Assembly: GCA_964620085.1 (NCBI GenBank)
Contig: CAZUIQ010000003.1
Location: forward strand, 16,912 to 74,345
From: an uncultured Candidatus Saccharibacteria bacterium
GTDB lineage: Bacteria > Patescibacteriota > Minisyncoccia > Phycocordibacterales > UBA1006
Length of the DNA stretch: 57,434 nucleotides
Direction of reading: 5' to 3'
Under the pieces are notes generated by a model, which saw only the letters and a program-made list of their open reading frames with translations, made no database searches and had not been told where the DNA came from. Position numbers and translations under genes: made by a program. Positions 1 through 9,869 of this stretch are shown piece by piece. Each line of letters opens with the position of its first letter. The stretch's first letter is position 1.

Positions 1-1175
1 CCTGTTATGAACAGATTCTCAATTTTCTTGGACCGCATGGTTTTTGTATCAATTTCTTCAAGGGGAATACCACCGTCAGCAACCACCGCTCGATCAAGTC
101 CCATAAGTCCAGTAACCTCTACAGGAAGTTCAGTAAGTAGTCTCACAAGTTTCTTACGAGAATCCTTGGTCACACTGTGAACCTTAGTATCAACTTCCAG
201 GAATGGAATAAATTCTTCTACCAATGGCAAAATTCCCGAAGCCATTCCTGGTGGAACGAGCTCACTAAATACATTTTTAAATGACTTGTTTTTATGTGCA
301 TCAAAGGTGTCGATAATAAATCGCTCTACAGCACCGAGGTCTTGGCTTGGGAAAAGATTAATAGTAGCCGTCACAGAGCCTTCGTGTAATAGATCTCCAA
401 TTTTCTGTGCAGAGTTTAAAATAAGAGGACCTGATAACCCAAAGTGGGTTGCGAGGATGCGTCCGGTTTTGAAAAATGATTTGATCTTGTTTCCATTGGT
501 ATCAATAAAAAATGTAATTTTTACATGATCAAAACTCTTTCCCGAGAGTTCATGAATCCAAGAGTCTGAAACAGCAATAGGAACAATGCTTGGTGTTGGG
601 TCTGCGATATTGTGACCAAGATCCGCAAGCCACTTAAATCCATCCCCTGTTGAGCCTGTTTCTGGGTGTGATACTCCACCGGTTGCAAGGATAAACGATT
701 TTGCAAAATAAGTTTTCCCACCGGCAGTAACACTCGTGATCACCTCACCCTCGCGATGGATTTGAGTCACCGGAGTTTTTGTGAGCACTGTAACACCGTT
801 ATCTTTCAAAAACTTTTCAAGTGTCTTAAAAACATCCAGAGCTTTTTCAGTTTTTGGAAATGCGCGATTAAGTCCTTGGACCACTAACGGTAACTCAAGT
901 TTTTCAAAAAAATCAAACGTATCCTGTACTCCGAATTGTGAAAATGCGGAATAGAGAAACTTTTCGTTTTCCTTGTAAAAAGGAAGGAGTTTTCTTACAT
1001 CAAATTCCGCATGCGTCACATTACATCGTCCCCCTCCAGTAATCTTCAGCTTTGCCCCCATTTCTTTGTTTTTCTCTAATACCAAAACTCGCTTGCCGTT
1101 CTGGCCTGCGATCCCTGCGGCCATCATCCCTGATGCGCCCCCTCCAATAACGATTACGTCGTAGTCTCCTTTCAT
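1..1175 (-). CDS. HI0933/YhiN-like FAD-dependent oxidoreductase; 3' end runs off the window
   Basis: Absent from the ORF track because it is open to the window edge. My translation from the ATG at 1175 reads MKGDYDVIVIGGGASGMMAAGIAGQNGKRVLVLEKNKEMGAKLKITGGGRCNVTHAEF, giving a GxGxxG Rossmann motif and the GGGRCN family signature. Near position 1 it reads ...DGGIPLEEIDTKTMRSKKIENLFITG. Confidence 0.8.
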   Translation of the reverse strand, partial: MKGDYDVIVIGGGASGMMAAGIAGQNGKRVLVLEKNKEMGAKLKITGGGRCNVTHAEFDVRKLLPFYKENEKFLYSAFSQFGVQDTFDFFEKLELPLVVQGLNRAFPKTEKALDVFKTLEKFLKDNGVTVLTKTPVTQIHREGEVITSVTAGGKTYFAKSFILATGGVSHPETGSTGDGFKWLADLGHNIADPTPSIVPIAVSDSWIHELSGKSFDHVKITFFIDTNGNKIKSFFKTGRILATHFGLSGPLILNSAQKIGDLLHEGSVTATINLFPSQDLGAVERFIIDTFDAHKNKSFKNVFSELVPPGMASGILPLVEEFIPFLEVDTKVHSVTKDSRKKLVRLLTELPVEVTGLMGLDRAVVADGGIPLEEIDTKTMRSKKIENLFIT

Positions 1176-1200
1176 GGGCATGAGTATAGCATTTATTTTT

Positions 1201-1237
1201 AAACAAAAAAGCGTTCCTAGTTTAGAACAGGAACGCT
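1201..1237 (-). terminator. rho-independent terminator after the 142-aa gene
   Basis: On the minus strand, AGCGTTCCT-N10-AGGAACGCT is followed by TTTTTTGTTT. Confidence 0.6.
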
Positions 1238-1256
1238 CATGAATTCTTTTTTGTGT

Positions 1257-1685
1257 TTAATTTAGAACTGGATTGAAGGCTTTTAATGTCTCATTATCAT
1301 TTTTAAAAGCATAACTGGTCATTATTCCGGGAAGTATTAGAATACAGATTGGTCGTTGGGCAGAATCAGAGGTGAACCCATAGAGTAGCCATGAAGACTT
1401 CATTAATTTTTCCTGGATTTTGTTTGATGCTCGGTGAAAGCCGTCTGCCTGGTTTGATTCCATAAAATCTGAGGAGCTCTGTTCTATTTTAAGTGTAAAA
1501 TCAGAACAACCTGGCGCGATAATAGAAGTAACACGTACCTTTATTCTCGCTTTAGATTCCTTGAGATGTATTAAGCATTCAATATCCACGTATTGAGTAA
1601 TTCTTTTCGCAAGAAGATTGAAGACATCTTCTTGGATAGGTGTTTCTAAAATGCCTTCCTTAGGTAATTCTAGTTTCTTTTGCAT
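1257..1685 (-). CDS. hypothetical protein (142 aa)
   Basis: Intact ORF with its own terminator. No family recognised. Confidence 0.5.
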   Translation of the reverse strand: MQKKLELPKEGILETPIQEDVFNLLAKRITQYVDIECLIHLKESKARIKVRVTSIIAPGCSDFTLKIEQSSSDFMESNQADGFHRASNKIQEKLMKSSWLLYGFTSDSAQRPICILILPGIMTSYAFKNDNETLKAFNPVLN

Positions 1686-1839
1686 AAGTATTTAACTATA
1701 TTTGATTCTCAAATATTATAACATAGTTACAATATAAATCAAGATTCAGGTAATAAGTCGAAATACTTGACAATATCTAGTATATAAGATATAGTTACCC
1801 GCAGAAATTGATTTTTAAATTTTAAAACAAAATTGCCTT

Positions 1840-2376
1840 ATGCAGAGTAAAAAGACAGAAAAATTATTACAGGGTCTTGACCCTATCCTGATTAAAGAGG
1901 TGAAAGCGGTTACTGACCTTGAAATAGTTGCGATTATTGATCATCTTGAACCCGTAGGGCAACCTGCCGATGAAAAGAGATTGGGTGAACTGTTGCCAGT
2001 TGAAAAAGCGCTTTTGGTTGTAGCTCAAAAAAAGAAGCAGGCTGCCGATAAATTGGCCGAGGAGCACAATGCATTTGTAGATACCGAAGAGTTTGAAAAG
2101 CTTCGAAAAAGAGCACAGAATCAAAGAACTAATAAGGCCCAAGGTGAACATGAAGATTTGATCAAGGTGTATAACATCCTTGTTGGTCTTGTTTGGAATA
2201 ATGCAAAAAAGCGCCTTGGTTATGATTATGAAATTGTAGAGCTTCGTAAAGGCGGAGTGATTGTGGCTCCTACGGTGCAATTCCCTGTATGTCATCGTTG
2301 CAAAAGAAGGCATCCAACTAGTAGTTTGGTAGAGATGCTGTTTGACGGTATAAGTATCGTAGTGATTCGCCCGTAG
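1840..2376 (+). CDS. hypothetical protein (178 aa), charged and helical
   Basis: Intact ORF followed by a strong terminator. The antisense ORFs 1867..2313 and 1934..2116 are treated as shadow ORFs. Confidence 0.5.
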   Translation: MQSKKTEKLLQGLDPILIKEVKAVTDLEIVAIIDHLEPVGQPADEKRLGELLPVEKALLVVAQKKKQAADKLAEEHNAFVDTEEFEKLRKRAQNQRTNKAQGEHEDLIKVYNILVGLVWNNAKKRLGYDYEIVELRKGGVIVAPTVQFPVCHRCKRRHPTSSLVEMLFDGISIVVIRP

Positions 2377-2407
2377 TTCTTTTTAAAATGTAATAGAGAA
2401 TATGGCT

Positions 2408-2447
2408 AAAGCCCTAATTGATTTCTCAATTAGGGCTTTTTTTATTT
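2408..2447 (+). terminator. rho-independent terminator
   Basis: AAAGCCCTAATTGA-tttc-TCAATTAGGGCTTT is followed by TTTTATTT. Confidence 0.65.
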
Positions 2448-2451
2448 CCAA

Positions 2452-3963
2452 TTATTTCTTCTCCATCCCCTTCCCTAAATCCAACACTTCATCAATACGA
2501 ATCTGTGCCACGAATTCTGGAACGTGAGACACGAGAATCATCGCTCCTTTATATTCATCTAACGCCTTGGCAATTACGGGCAAGTGACGGAAGTTGATAT
2601 GGTTTGTCGGCTCGTCGAGGATGAGTAATCCTGGTCGTGTCAGCACAAGCTGTGCGAATGCAACTAACCCTTTCTGTCCTTCTGAAAGTGATCCAATCTT
2701 TGTACGAATCATTTCCCCAGTAATGAGAAATCCTCCAGCAGTCGCGCGCATGTATTCCTCATCTAATTTCCCCGTTACTTCTTTGACCGTGCGTGACAAT
2801 GATTCATACACCGTGTCATTGAAATCAAGTGTCGAGAAATCCTGGCGGTAATACCCAACCCGAACGCCTTTGGTAATCGTGATTCCCTTGGCTCGGCCAT
2901 GCGCCATAGATTCCAAGAGTGTTGTTTTTCCAATTCCATTTGGTCCTACCAACATCATGTGATTATTTTTGCGGAGTTTTACTTTCACGGGAAAATCTTT
3001 TGGCTGGCCTTGTTTCAAAAGCGACACAGAATCTCCTACCACAATATCACCATTTAAATCGTCTTGAAATGGAATCGTAAAATGTTTAATAGTCTTATCC
3101 TCCTTGCGTACATCTACTTTTTCCTCTTCCATTTCTGCGGCGTCATCACGCATACGTTTCGCAACGGCACGTAGATTTCCTCCTTTCATGGCAAATTTAT
3201 TCGCTTGGTCTTTCTTTGCCTGGATTTCTTTTGCAAGCAAGGCATTCTTTCTATTTTCTCGTTCCATTCGTGCAGCAATTTGATCGCGCACGTCAGTGTA
3301 GTTTCCTACATACTGTTCAATTTTTCGTGTATACACATCAAGGTAAAGTACTGCATCAGTAAATGCATTCAAGAATGCCGCATCATGGGAAATAACAATT
3401 ACGGTTTTTTTGTACTGCACGAGGAAATTCGTGAGGTGTTCAATACCCGCGTGGTCGAGGTTGTTGGTTGGTTCATCTAGTAACAAAATATCAGGATCTT
3501 GGATCAAGGCAGAAGCCAACAACAGTCGCGCTTGTTGTCCTCCAGAAAATGAGCGCACGATGCGGTCATGCACCAATTCGTGACCTTGAAGATTTACCAC
3601 CTCCAACACATCATCAATCTTTGGATCAATATCATACACAGGCTTATCAAAACATTTTAAAAAGAAATCGCGCACCGTTAAATCAAGTTCATCTCGTGGA
3701 ATCACTTGTCGAGAAAGGGCGATGGTAGCATTTGGCGATAAAATAACACGACCGTCTTCGGGTTCGTTTTTACCCGTGATCAGGGAAAAGAGTGTCGACT
3801 TCCCTGCTCCGTTTTGTCCCATGATGGTTACCTTCATTCCTTTGCGTACGGAAAAATCCACCTCTTCCATGATGGGTTTATTTTCGCCGTATTCAAATGA
3901 AAGTTTCTCGAATCTGATGATGACTTCACCATGATTATTTGCGGGAGATTTTTGCTGCGCCAT
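2452..3963 (-). CDS. ABC-F family ATPase (two ABC domains, no TM domain)
   Basis: Walker A GQNGAGKST and GPNGIGKTT. Signature motifs FSGGQQARLLLA and LSEGQKGLVAFA. Walker B ILLLDEPTNNLD and LLILDEPTNHIN. The start is probably MAQQKS at 3963 rather than the track start at 4017. Confidence 0.9.
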   Translation of the reverse strand: MAQQKSPANNHGEVIIRFEKLSFEYGENKPIMEEVDFSVRKGMKVTIMGQNGAGKSTLFSLITGKNEPEDGRVILSPNATIALSRQVIPRDELDLTVRDFFLKCFDKPVYDIDPKIDDVLEVVNLQGHELVHDRIVRSFSGGQQARLLLASALIQDPDILLLDEPTNNLDHAGIEHLTNFLVQYKKTVIVISHDAAFLNAFTDAVLYLDVYTRKIEQYVGNYTDVRDQIAARMERENRKNALLAKEIQAKKDQANKFAMKGGNLRAVAKRMRDDAAEMEEEKVDVRKEDKTIKHFTIPFQDDLNGDIVVGDSVSLLKQGQPKDFPVKVKLRKNNHMMLVGPNGIGKTTLLESMAHGRAKGITITKGVRVGYYRQDFSTLDFNDTVYESLSRTVKEVTGKLDEEYMRATAGGFLITGEMIRTKIGSLSEGQKGLVAFAQLVLTRPGLLILDEPTNHINFRHLPVIAKALDEYKGAMILVSHVPEFVAQIRIDEVLDLGKGMEKK

Positions 3964-4121
3964 AAGGCAATTATTATACATTATTTTACCCAAAAAGCGA
4001 GGCTTTTTATAACTCATTCAGGCATTATGTCCTGTAGCATATACTATTACTTGACATAATGTACCAAATATGCTATTATTTGTTATGATTAATTCATCAT
4101 TATTTAATAAAAATTTAACCA

Positions 4122-4520
4122 ATGCTAAAGAAACATGTCGAGCTTTGCGCTCATTTCGGAATTACTCAAAATGAAAAAGAATCTGATTTTTCCTTTAGAA
4201 AACGGGCCTGTATTGAATTTTGTTTCGGCAATGAAAATGGACTTTCAAAAGATGTCATGGCCGGTTTCGAAATTTTATACAAGAAAGAACGCTGGAGTGA
4301 AATACACCTCAAGGAGAGAATGGAGCTCTATCTTGCAATAAAAAATGCATTGAACAGAGAGGTAGTTGAGGAGTTATTTGAAACCCTTGAAGACCCGACT
4401 CTTCCACAGCGGGAACAAACAGTTCCTGTGGAGAAGACTGTAATATCGTTTAAAACACAAGAGAATGTTGCCCATGTACACACTCCATTTGCAAATTTCT
4501 TTTCAAAGAAAAACGATTAA
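4122..4520 (+). CDS. hypothetical protein (132 aa)
   Basis: ORF followed by a terminator hairpin. No family recognised. Confidence 0.45.
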   Translation: MLKKHVELCAHFGITQNEKESDFSFRKRACIEFCFGNENGLSKDVMAGFEILYKKERWSEIHLKERMELYLAIKNALNREVVEELFETLEDPTLPQREQTVPVEKTVISFKTQENVAHVHTPFANFFSKKND

Positions 4521-4549
4521 CTACTTAGGTTGTATTACAAAAACAAAAA

Positions 4550-4585
4550 GCCATACGATTACACGATGTAACGGATGGCTTTTTT
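4550..4585 (+). terminator. rho-independent terminator
   Basis: GCCATACG-N14-CGGATGGC (one mismatch) is followed by TTTTTT. Confidence 0.55.
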
Positions 4586-4601
4586 AGTTACTGAACATTC
4601 C

Positions 4602-5219
4602 TCACGGCTTCACGGTCATGTGAATGATCGATCCCAGAGGAAGTTTTAGTGAGTATGCAGAAATTTCTTTTGCATGGGTTCCTTTGGTGAGGTTTTCAAA
4701 TTCAAAACATGCACCAGATATTTCTTCATACATATCATCGAATACCGATTCTTCCATAACTAAGGAAACATGTTTTGGAATAAGGGGGCCTACAAATGTA
4801 AGATGAGCTGAATGAAACAATGATGCATCAATGATAATAATATCAGTTAAGAACCTATCCCATCTTATAAAATCATCACTGGTGAAAATATCATACTCAG
4901 CCTCCCTGTTATTTAAAATTGCATCATGACTAATACTTGAGACTGTAAATAGAGTAATCTTATATCTACGTTCGAAAATCCTTTTAAAGAGTTCGTGCAC
5001 AGACTTCTCGTGCGCATGATATTCCTCAATTCCTATGGGAGATTCAGGAATAAAGTTGAGCTCTAGTTTAAAAGCAGGATTATCCTTCTTGGTCTCAAGA
5101 ATTTGTTCAATATCAGAGGCGGTGCCTTCTGGTGTAATAAAAGGAAGAGATATCTTCCAGTGGTTTTTGTGGTGCTTCGTAAGGTATTTGCTGGTATTGT
5201 TTTTTATTGTTATTGACAT
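4602..5219 (-). CDS. hypothetical protein (205 aa)
   Basis: Intact ORF. No family recognised. Confidence 0.5.
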   Translation of the reverse strand: MSITIKNNTSKYLTKHHKNHWKISLPFITPEGTASDIEQILETKKDNPAFKLELNFIPESPIGIEEYHAHEKSVHELFKRIFERRYKITLFTVSSISHDAILNNREAEYDIFTSDDFIRWDRFLTDIIIIDASLFHSAHLTFVGPLIPKHVSLVMEESVFDDMYEEISGACFEFENLTKGTHAKEISAYSLKLPLGSIIHMTVKP

Positions 5220-5295
5220 GAGTTCACGTTTTCTGAAATACTACGCCTTTTTTAGGAAAAGTCAAAAAAACACTAATCTTATTTACAAGAAGTAA

Positions 5296-5796
5296 TTATG
5301 CTGTGCACGTCGTGCGTGTGTAGACCATCTCTTGTTTTACTCCTGTTGTATCAGGTACGAGAATCCCGTCTTGATCTTTGAGAGGATAACGATGTTTGAT
5401 TAGTGATATTGGAGTAAGTATATATTCCTCTTGTTCATTAATAGTTGATCCTTCAATGGTGTATGCGAAAATTGCAACAAGAGTATCTCCTGTCTGGGTT
5501 CCTGTAATAGTTCCCTCGTAGCCATTGGTCATATCAGGACCGGATTGAAATCCTGTTTTTGTTCCCGTAACTATTTCATTGCCGATAGTTATTTCTACCT
5601 TTTCATTAACGTCGTAGGGTGCCTCCTTGGTTGCTACATGCTGATACGTATAACACTGGGTGACGGTTTGAATCTTAGAAATTTCTGTACGAGGTGGCGT
5701 AGTCGGTGGTGTACTGTTCTTTTTGAGAAAGTATCCTAATACAATAATTCCTGTAACAAGGAGTATTCCTAAGAGTATCCAAAATGTTTTTTTCAT
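5296..5796 (-). CDS. membrane-anchored secreted protein, paralogue family A
   Basis: N-terminal TM helix MKKTFWILLGILLVTGIIVLGYF. Core QCYTYQHVATKE...TGTKTGFQSGPDMTNGYEGTITG...VAIFAYTIEGS...EQEEY is shared with 11840..12373 and, more distantly, with 7090..7818. Confidence 0.6.
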   Translation of the reverse strand: MKKTFWILLGILLVTGIIVLGYFLKKNSTPPTTPPRTEISKIQTVTQCYTYQHVATKEAPYDVNEKVEITIGNEIVTGTKTGFQSGPDMTNGYEGTITGTQTGDTLVAIFAYTIEGSTINEQEEYILTPISLIKHRYPLKDQDGILVPDTTGVKQEMVYTRTTCTA

Positions 5797-5803
5797 GGGT
5801 GTA

Positions 5804-6064
5804 TTATACCCTATTTATCACAAATTGTTGAACGAGGAGCTGTTTCTCGAGACGACTCATTCTCTTGAGCTCCCCTTCGCGTTTGCGTGCCTCGGCATAA
5901 CTTGCACAGCTTTCCGAATATTGTAAAATCACGGGCCTGCGGATTTTGGTATAGTGCGCACCAGATTTTAAATGATTGTGCGCATGTAGTCTTTTTTCTA
6001 AGTCGTTGGTAGAGCCGATGTAGAAAGTTTTATCGGAGCATTGGAGGAGGTAGACGAAATACAT
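5804..6064 (-). CDS. GIY-YIG nuclease family protein (stand-alone, 86 aa)
   Basis: [28 protein letters not shown] ... [14 protein letters not shown] carries the GIY...YIG motifs plus conserved R and E residues. Confidence 0.85.
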   Translation of the reverse strand: MYFVYLLQCSDKTFYIGSTNDLEKRLHAHNHLKSGAHYTKIRRPVILQYSESCASYAEARKREGELKRMSRLEKQLLVQQFVINRV

Positions 6065-6065
6065 A

Positions 6066-7046
6066 TTATTTTTTGTTGATACGCAAAAGCTCTACAACCA
6101 ATGCCGTCATTTTATCTTTGTGTGCAGGATCACTTTCTGCAATGAGGAGGGTTATTGCAACAAGTCCTGTTGGATTGATATTACGCGAACCTTTTACATT
6201 ATGTTTGCGCAAGAACCATACGAATGCAAAAGCTCCCGATCGTTTGTTACCATCAGTAAAGGGGTGGTTTTTCACCATAAAATATAAAAGATGTGCTGCC
6301 TTTTCTTCAAGGGTTTGATAGAGTTCTTTGCCTCCAAATGACTGCATTACGTTCCCAACAATACCTTCAATACTTCCACTGAATCGTTCGTGGGCAAAAA
6401 TATCAGTCGCCTCACCTTTTTTAATAAGCTCCTCACGAAGATTTCTAATAGCAGATAATAATTCTGCACCTGCTAACTTAATTTTTTTCTTAGTTGTACC
6501 AACACTTGATAAATCTTCCCTATCATACGCATCAAGCTTTGCCCAGGTGGTAGAATACTCTTTCACCAAATCAAGAATTGTTGCTGGATCTAGGGTTACA
6601 TGGGTCGGAAGTAGTTCTTGGATATCTGTTACTGTTTTTAAAAATTGGTCATAGTTTTTGAGGATAACTTTTTTGTTTAAAACATATCCTTTTATTAAAT
6701 ATTCACGAAGTGTCTTAGTTGACCATTTGCGAAATTCAATAGCCGTCTTCGAGTTTGTCCTATATCCAACACCTAAAATAACATCCAGAGAGTATAAAAT
6801 TACAGGTTTGTCAGAATTTGCAATATGCACTTTCTGCATATTGCTTTTTTCAGTGAGCTCTCCATCTTTAAAGAGGTTCTTAATATGACGAGAAACTACA
6901 GATTGATCCACACCAAAAAGTGCCACTATTTGTGCCTGGGTAGCCCATAAGGTTTCATGCATAAAATCACCCCGGAGCTCCAAAGCTCCTGATTTTGATT
7001 GATAAATAACTAAATTATTTTGTTTTGGTGTAATCTTTCTCTTCAT
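6066..7046 (-). CDS. RhuM-like N-terminal domain fused to a Fic/DOC domain
   Basis: The N-terminus [32 protein letters not shown] is RhuM-type. The C-terminus carries the Fic/Doc core [15 protein letters not shown]. It lies 1 nt upstream of the GIY-YIG gene. Confidence 0.85.
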   Translation of the reverse strand: MKRKITPKQNNLVIYQSKSGALELRGDFMHETLWATQAQIVALFGVDQSVVSRHIKNLFKDGELTEKSNMQKVHIANSDKPVILYSLDVILGVGYRTNSKTAIEFRKWSTKTLREYLIKGYVLNKKVILKNYDQFLKTVTDIQELLPTHVTLDPATILDLVKEYSTTWAKLDAYDREDLSSVGTTKKKIKLAGAELLSAIRNLREELIKKGEATDIFAHERFSGSIEGIVGNVMQSFGGKELYQTLEEKAAHLLYFMVKNHPFTDGNKRSGAFAFVWFLRKHNVKGSRNINPTGLVAITLLIAESDPAHKDKMTALVVELLRINKK

Positions 7047-7089
7047 ATCGATCTATGATACGCCCACTATTTCTATATATCAAGACTTA

Positions 7090-7818
7090 CTATTTCCAAA
7101 CAATAACTACATCATCCCCTGTTCGTGTATAACTAAACGTTGATGTTTCTTGAACATGTCCATCTTCATAGGTTACGGTACCTGTTTTTGCGGTCGTGTT
7201 ACTATTTACTGAGGTTACATACCACGTTCCATCAAGAACTGCTTTTTCCGGTGCGATGATTTTGATATTTTTTCGAATATAATCCTCAACAGCAAGTCGT
7301 TCATCAAGAGTGTCGCAGTCTACTTGTGACATTTGAAATCCATTAGTAAGTTTCGTAACATCTTTGTATACGTATGTTCCGTCGCCTCTATCTACCATTT
7401 CACCAAATTGTGCCGTGGCACTTCCCTCACCAAATACAATTTTCAATTGTTCCGTTACCGTCATTCCTTCGGCCATAGAATTCCACCATACATCAGCCGT
7501 TCGTGCAGAAATAGCTGGGTCCATAGGTCCTACGGTTCCTGTAAACGTCCCTAATTTGGAATCTTTCTCTGCAGGCAGGTTTTTATATTCACCACTTACC
7601 GCTGATCCTTTGTCCCCTGTAATATTCATTTTCAAAATCGCACGATCAGAAAACCCGCTTGGTTGTTTCTGTTCATAGTAGTAACACATCGCAATTGGCT
7701 GTGTTGGGATAGGTTCTGGAATGACCACTACAGGATCTTCTTTTTTACCAGGTATTACAACCACGATAACAATCGCAATAATAACCAAAAGACTTCCAAT
7801 CAGTAGTGTTTTTTTCAT
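7090..7818 (-). CDS. membrane-anchored secreted protein, distant member of paralogue family A
   Basis: The likely start is MKKTLLIGSLLVIIAIVIVVVIP at 7818, so the track start at 7896 is an upstream extension. It shares the CYYYEQ...ITG...SGEY...GTFTGTVG pattern with the family. Confidence 0.6.
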   Translation of the reverse strand: MKKTLLIGSLLVIIAIVIVVVIPGKKEDPVVVIPEPIPTQPIAMCYYYEQKQPSGFSDRAILKMNITGDKGSAVSGEYKNLPAEKDSKLGTFTGTVGPMDPAISARTADVWWNSMAEGMTVTEQLKIVFGEGSATAQFGEMVDRGDGTYVYKDVTKLTNGFQMSQVDCDTLDERLAVEDYIRKNIKIIAPEKAVLDGTWYVTSVNSNTTAKTGTVTYEDGHVQETSTFSYTRTGDDVVIVWK

Positions 7819-7892
7819 ATAACCAGTATACCACGTAAATATTTTTGCAAGAAAAAAAGCGAGCGTTTTTTTCGCTCGCTTTCCCAATGGTG

Positions 7893-8315
7893 TCATATTC
7901 CAAAAGTGGGTATTTTATTAAAAACAAACCATTTTTCAAACCATAAAAGACTGTCTCTATCGAAGCTTACTTCGGAAAGTTCACACTTTCTTGACAGATA
8001 ATCTTTTGCTTTCCATGGCAGAGTCAAATCAACAGTGTCCATGCTACACGAAACTGTTTCTGGGTTACTTTCTTTTAGTCTCATGTGCCACCACCACCAG
8101 TTTCTTAAAATTTTGAAATCTTTTATTAACTCATAAACAAAATAACAAAGAACTATCAGAAACTGATTTAAAATAATGGCATGGGAGAATAATTCTTTTT
8201 TAAAGAAAAAAAGTGCCGGTAAACCAACAGTGACAGTGGCTACAACGAATGCAGTAAGGTTGTGTAATACGATGAGTCTTACGACTTTACGAAGTATTTT
8301 TTTATCATTTTCCAT
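7893..8315 (-). CDS. hypothetical membrane protein
   Basis: The likely start is MENDKKILRKV at 8315. The 22 codons upstream in the track ORF are encoded by the terminator-promoter repeat. Two hydrophobic helices and a WWWWH motif are present. Confidence 0.45.
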   Translation of the reverse strand: MENDKKILRKVVRLIVLHNLTAFVVATVTVGLPALFFFKKELFSHAIILNQFLIVLCYFVYELIKDFKILRNWWWWHMRLKESNPETVSCSMDTVDLTLPWKAKDYLSRKCELSEVSFDRDSLLWFEKWFVFNKIPTFGI

Positions 8316-8321
8316 TCGGGA

Positions 8322-8385
8322 AGATTTTTTTTGTTTAAAAATATTTACTTTCTTTGTACCAAAAAACCGCTGACTTGTCAACGGT
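8322..8385 (-). repeat. terminator-promoter module, copy A
   Basis: The minus strand reads ACCGTTGA-CAAG-TCAGCGGT then TTTTTT. TTGACA, a 17-nt spacer and TACAAA are embedded in it. It is about 60 nt long and near-identical to 9797..9858. Confidence 0.6.
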
Positions 8386-8394
8386 CTCTCAATC

Positions 8395-9039
8395 CTACCC
8401 TCGTACCTCTTGCTTCGTCAGTAGTTGTGTTTTCTCATCAAAAATATACGTTTCGTATTTGGTCGTAGGTGTATGGTCAAATGTATCTTTTACGGTAATG
8501 TACAATTTCCCCGCAACACTGTCGTATCCGTATGCCTGATGAAAATGAGGCAAGATAGTTGCAGGTAAAGGAATTTCCTTGATAGAATTGTTCGCAAAAT
8601 CCTTGATAACCAATTTTGGTTTATCTGTCGCTAACGCATCTACCCCAGGCGATGACCAGATCAATAATTGATTATTACCAAGGATACTCACGAATTGTTG
8701 AACCTCGATATAATTACTATTTCCGATGCCGGTAAATAATTCATTCGTCGTATAATTATATACTCCAAATTGTGAACTTTCTTGACTGGTTCCATAGCGA
8801 AACACCATGACATCCAATTCAGGATTAAACGACAAAACCACAGGCGTTCCCACATCTCGATTTTTCGTAAATGTATCTGCAAACTCGAAAAATTTATTCG
8901 GTGCAGGCGCCGTGTTTTCCGTAGTATGTATATTCACACTACTTGATCGCATTGCTGTCGTGCGTGTTTCAGGTAATAGTGCCCAAGCGGTTGCAAAGCC
9001 AATAATAAGAGTAATGATTGAAATGATCAGGGTTTTCAT
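8395..9039 (-). CDS. secreted or membrane-anchored hypothetical protein (214 aa)
   Basis: N-terminal signal/TM MKTLIISIITLIIGFATAWA. The hairpin of repeat copy A lies directly downstream of it. Confidence 0.55.
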   Translation of the reverse strand: MKTLIISIITLIIGFATAWALLPETRTTAMRSSSVNIHTTENTAPAPNKFFEFADTFTKNRDVGTPVVLSFNPELDVMVFRYGTSQESSQFGVYNYTTNELFTGIGNSNYIEVQQFVSILGNNQLLIWSSPGVDALATDKPKLVIKDFANNSIKEIPLPATILPHFHQAYGYDSVAGKLYITVKDTFDHTPTTKYETYIFDEKTQLLTKQEVRG

Positions 9040-9076
9040 AGTGCTATTGTATCATAAAAATTTGTAATATTTTTTT

Positions 9077-9115
9077 CAAAAAAACACCTATTTCGTTTTG
9101 GGACGAAGTAGGTGT
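9077..9115 (-). terminator. rho-independent terminator
   Basis: The minus strand reads ACACCTACTTCGT-cccaaa-ACGAAATAGGTGT then TTTTTTTG. Confidence 0.6.
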
Positions 9116-9140
9116 TTGGAAATGGCTGTAATTTAGATGT

Positions 9141-9791
9141 TCAAGAAAAGATAAAACGCATTAGAGTGTCTACAGCATCCATTGCATTATTTACCGTCTT
9201 AACCTGATCAGTTTTTGACAATAAGACAATTTCAGCAAGTACTGCCTGTTTGGCTAAATTTGCGTGTTTGATATCAGCGTGTCCATGTTTTTCAATGTAG
9301 GTAACATCTACCTTATTACCACTGTCTTTGAACTCCTGTATTGCTGCATCATGCATCCATACCAAGAAATCTTGAGACAACTGTTCGAGTGCATAAATAA
9401 TAATCGAAACACCTGCACCATTGAATGTTTTAATGCTACGAAGTATTACAATCTCATTAATAGTATCAATCATTGGCAGTGCTTCTTGGTATACTTTTAC
9501 GTTCGGGTACACTCCAAACTGTCCCGTAAAATTAAAAAGCATTTTTTGGTGATCCTCTGAAAGCTCTACTAAAACATTATCCATTGCAGCGTATTTACCA
9601 ATAGGTGTTACACAGCTGTTTTGCATTGCAGATACCCATACAATAAAATGTGGATGCATGACTGTTACGTATTTTTCAAATACTCGTAGACGAACTTTTC
9701 TGTTCTTAAATGAGCTATTGGATTTAAATACATTAAACGCTACTGTTGTTTCGCGCAGGCGTCTCATAATATAATCTTCCGTACTTTTCAT
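9141..9791 (-). CDS. hypothetical protein (216 aa)
   Basis: Intact ORF, preceded by repeat copy B and followed by a terminator. Confidence 0.5.
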   Translation of the reverse strand: MKSTEDYIMRRLRETTVAFNVFKSNSSFKNRKVRLRVFEKYVTVMHPHFIVWVSAMQNSCVTPIGKYAAMDNVLVELSEDHQKMLFNFTGQFGVYPNVKVYQEALPMIDTINEIVILRSIKTFNGAGVSIIIYALEQLSQDFLVWMHDAAIQEFKDSGNKVDVTYIEKHGHADIKHANLAKQAVLAEIVLLSKTDQVKTVNNAMDAVDTLMRFIFS

Positions 9792-9796
9792 TTTGA

Positions 9797-9858
9797 AGGA
9801 TTTTTTTGTTTAAAATATTTCCTTTTATATACCAAAAAACCGCTGAGTTGTCAACGGT
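9797..9858 (-). repeat. terminator-promoter module, copy B
   Basis: The minus strand reads ACCGTTGA-CAAC-TCAGCGGT then TTTTTT. TTGACA, a 17-nt spacer and TATATA lie about 35 nt upstream of the ATG at 9791. Confidence 0.6.
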
Positions 9859-9869
9859 TTCGTATAAGT

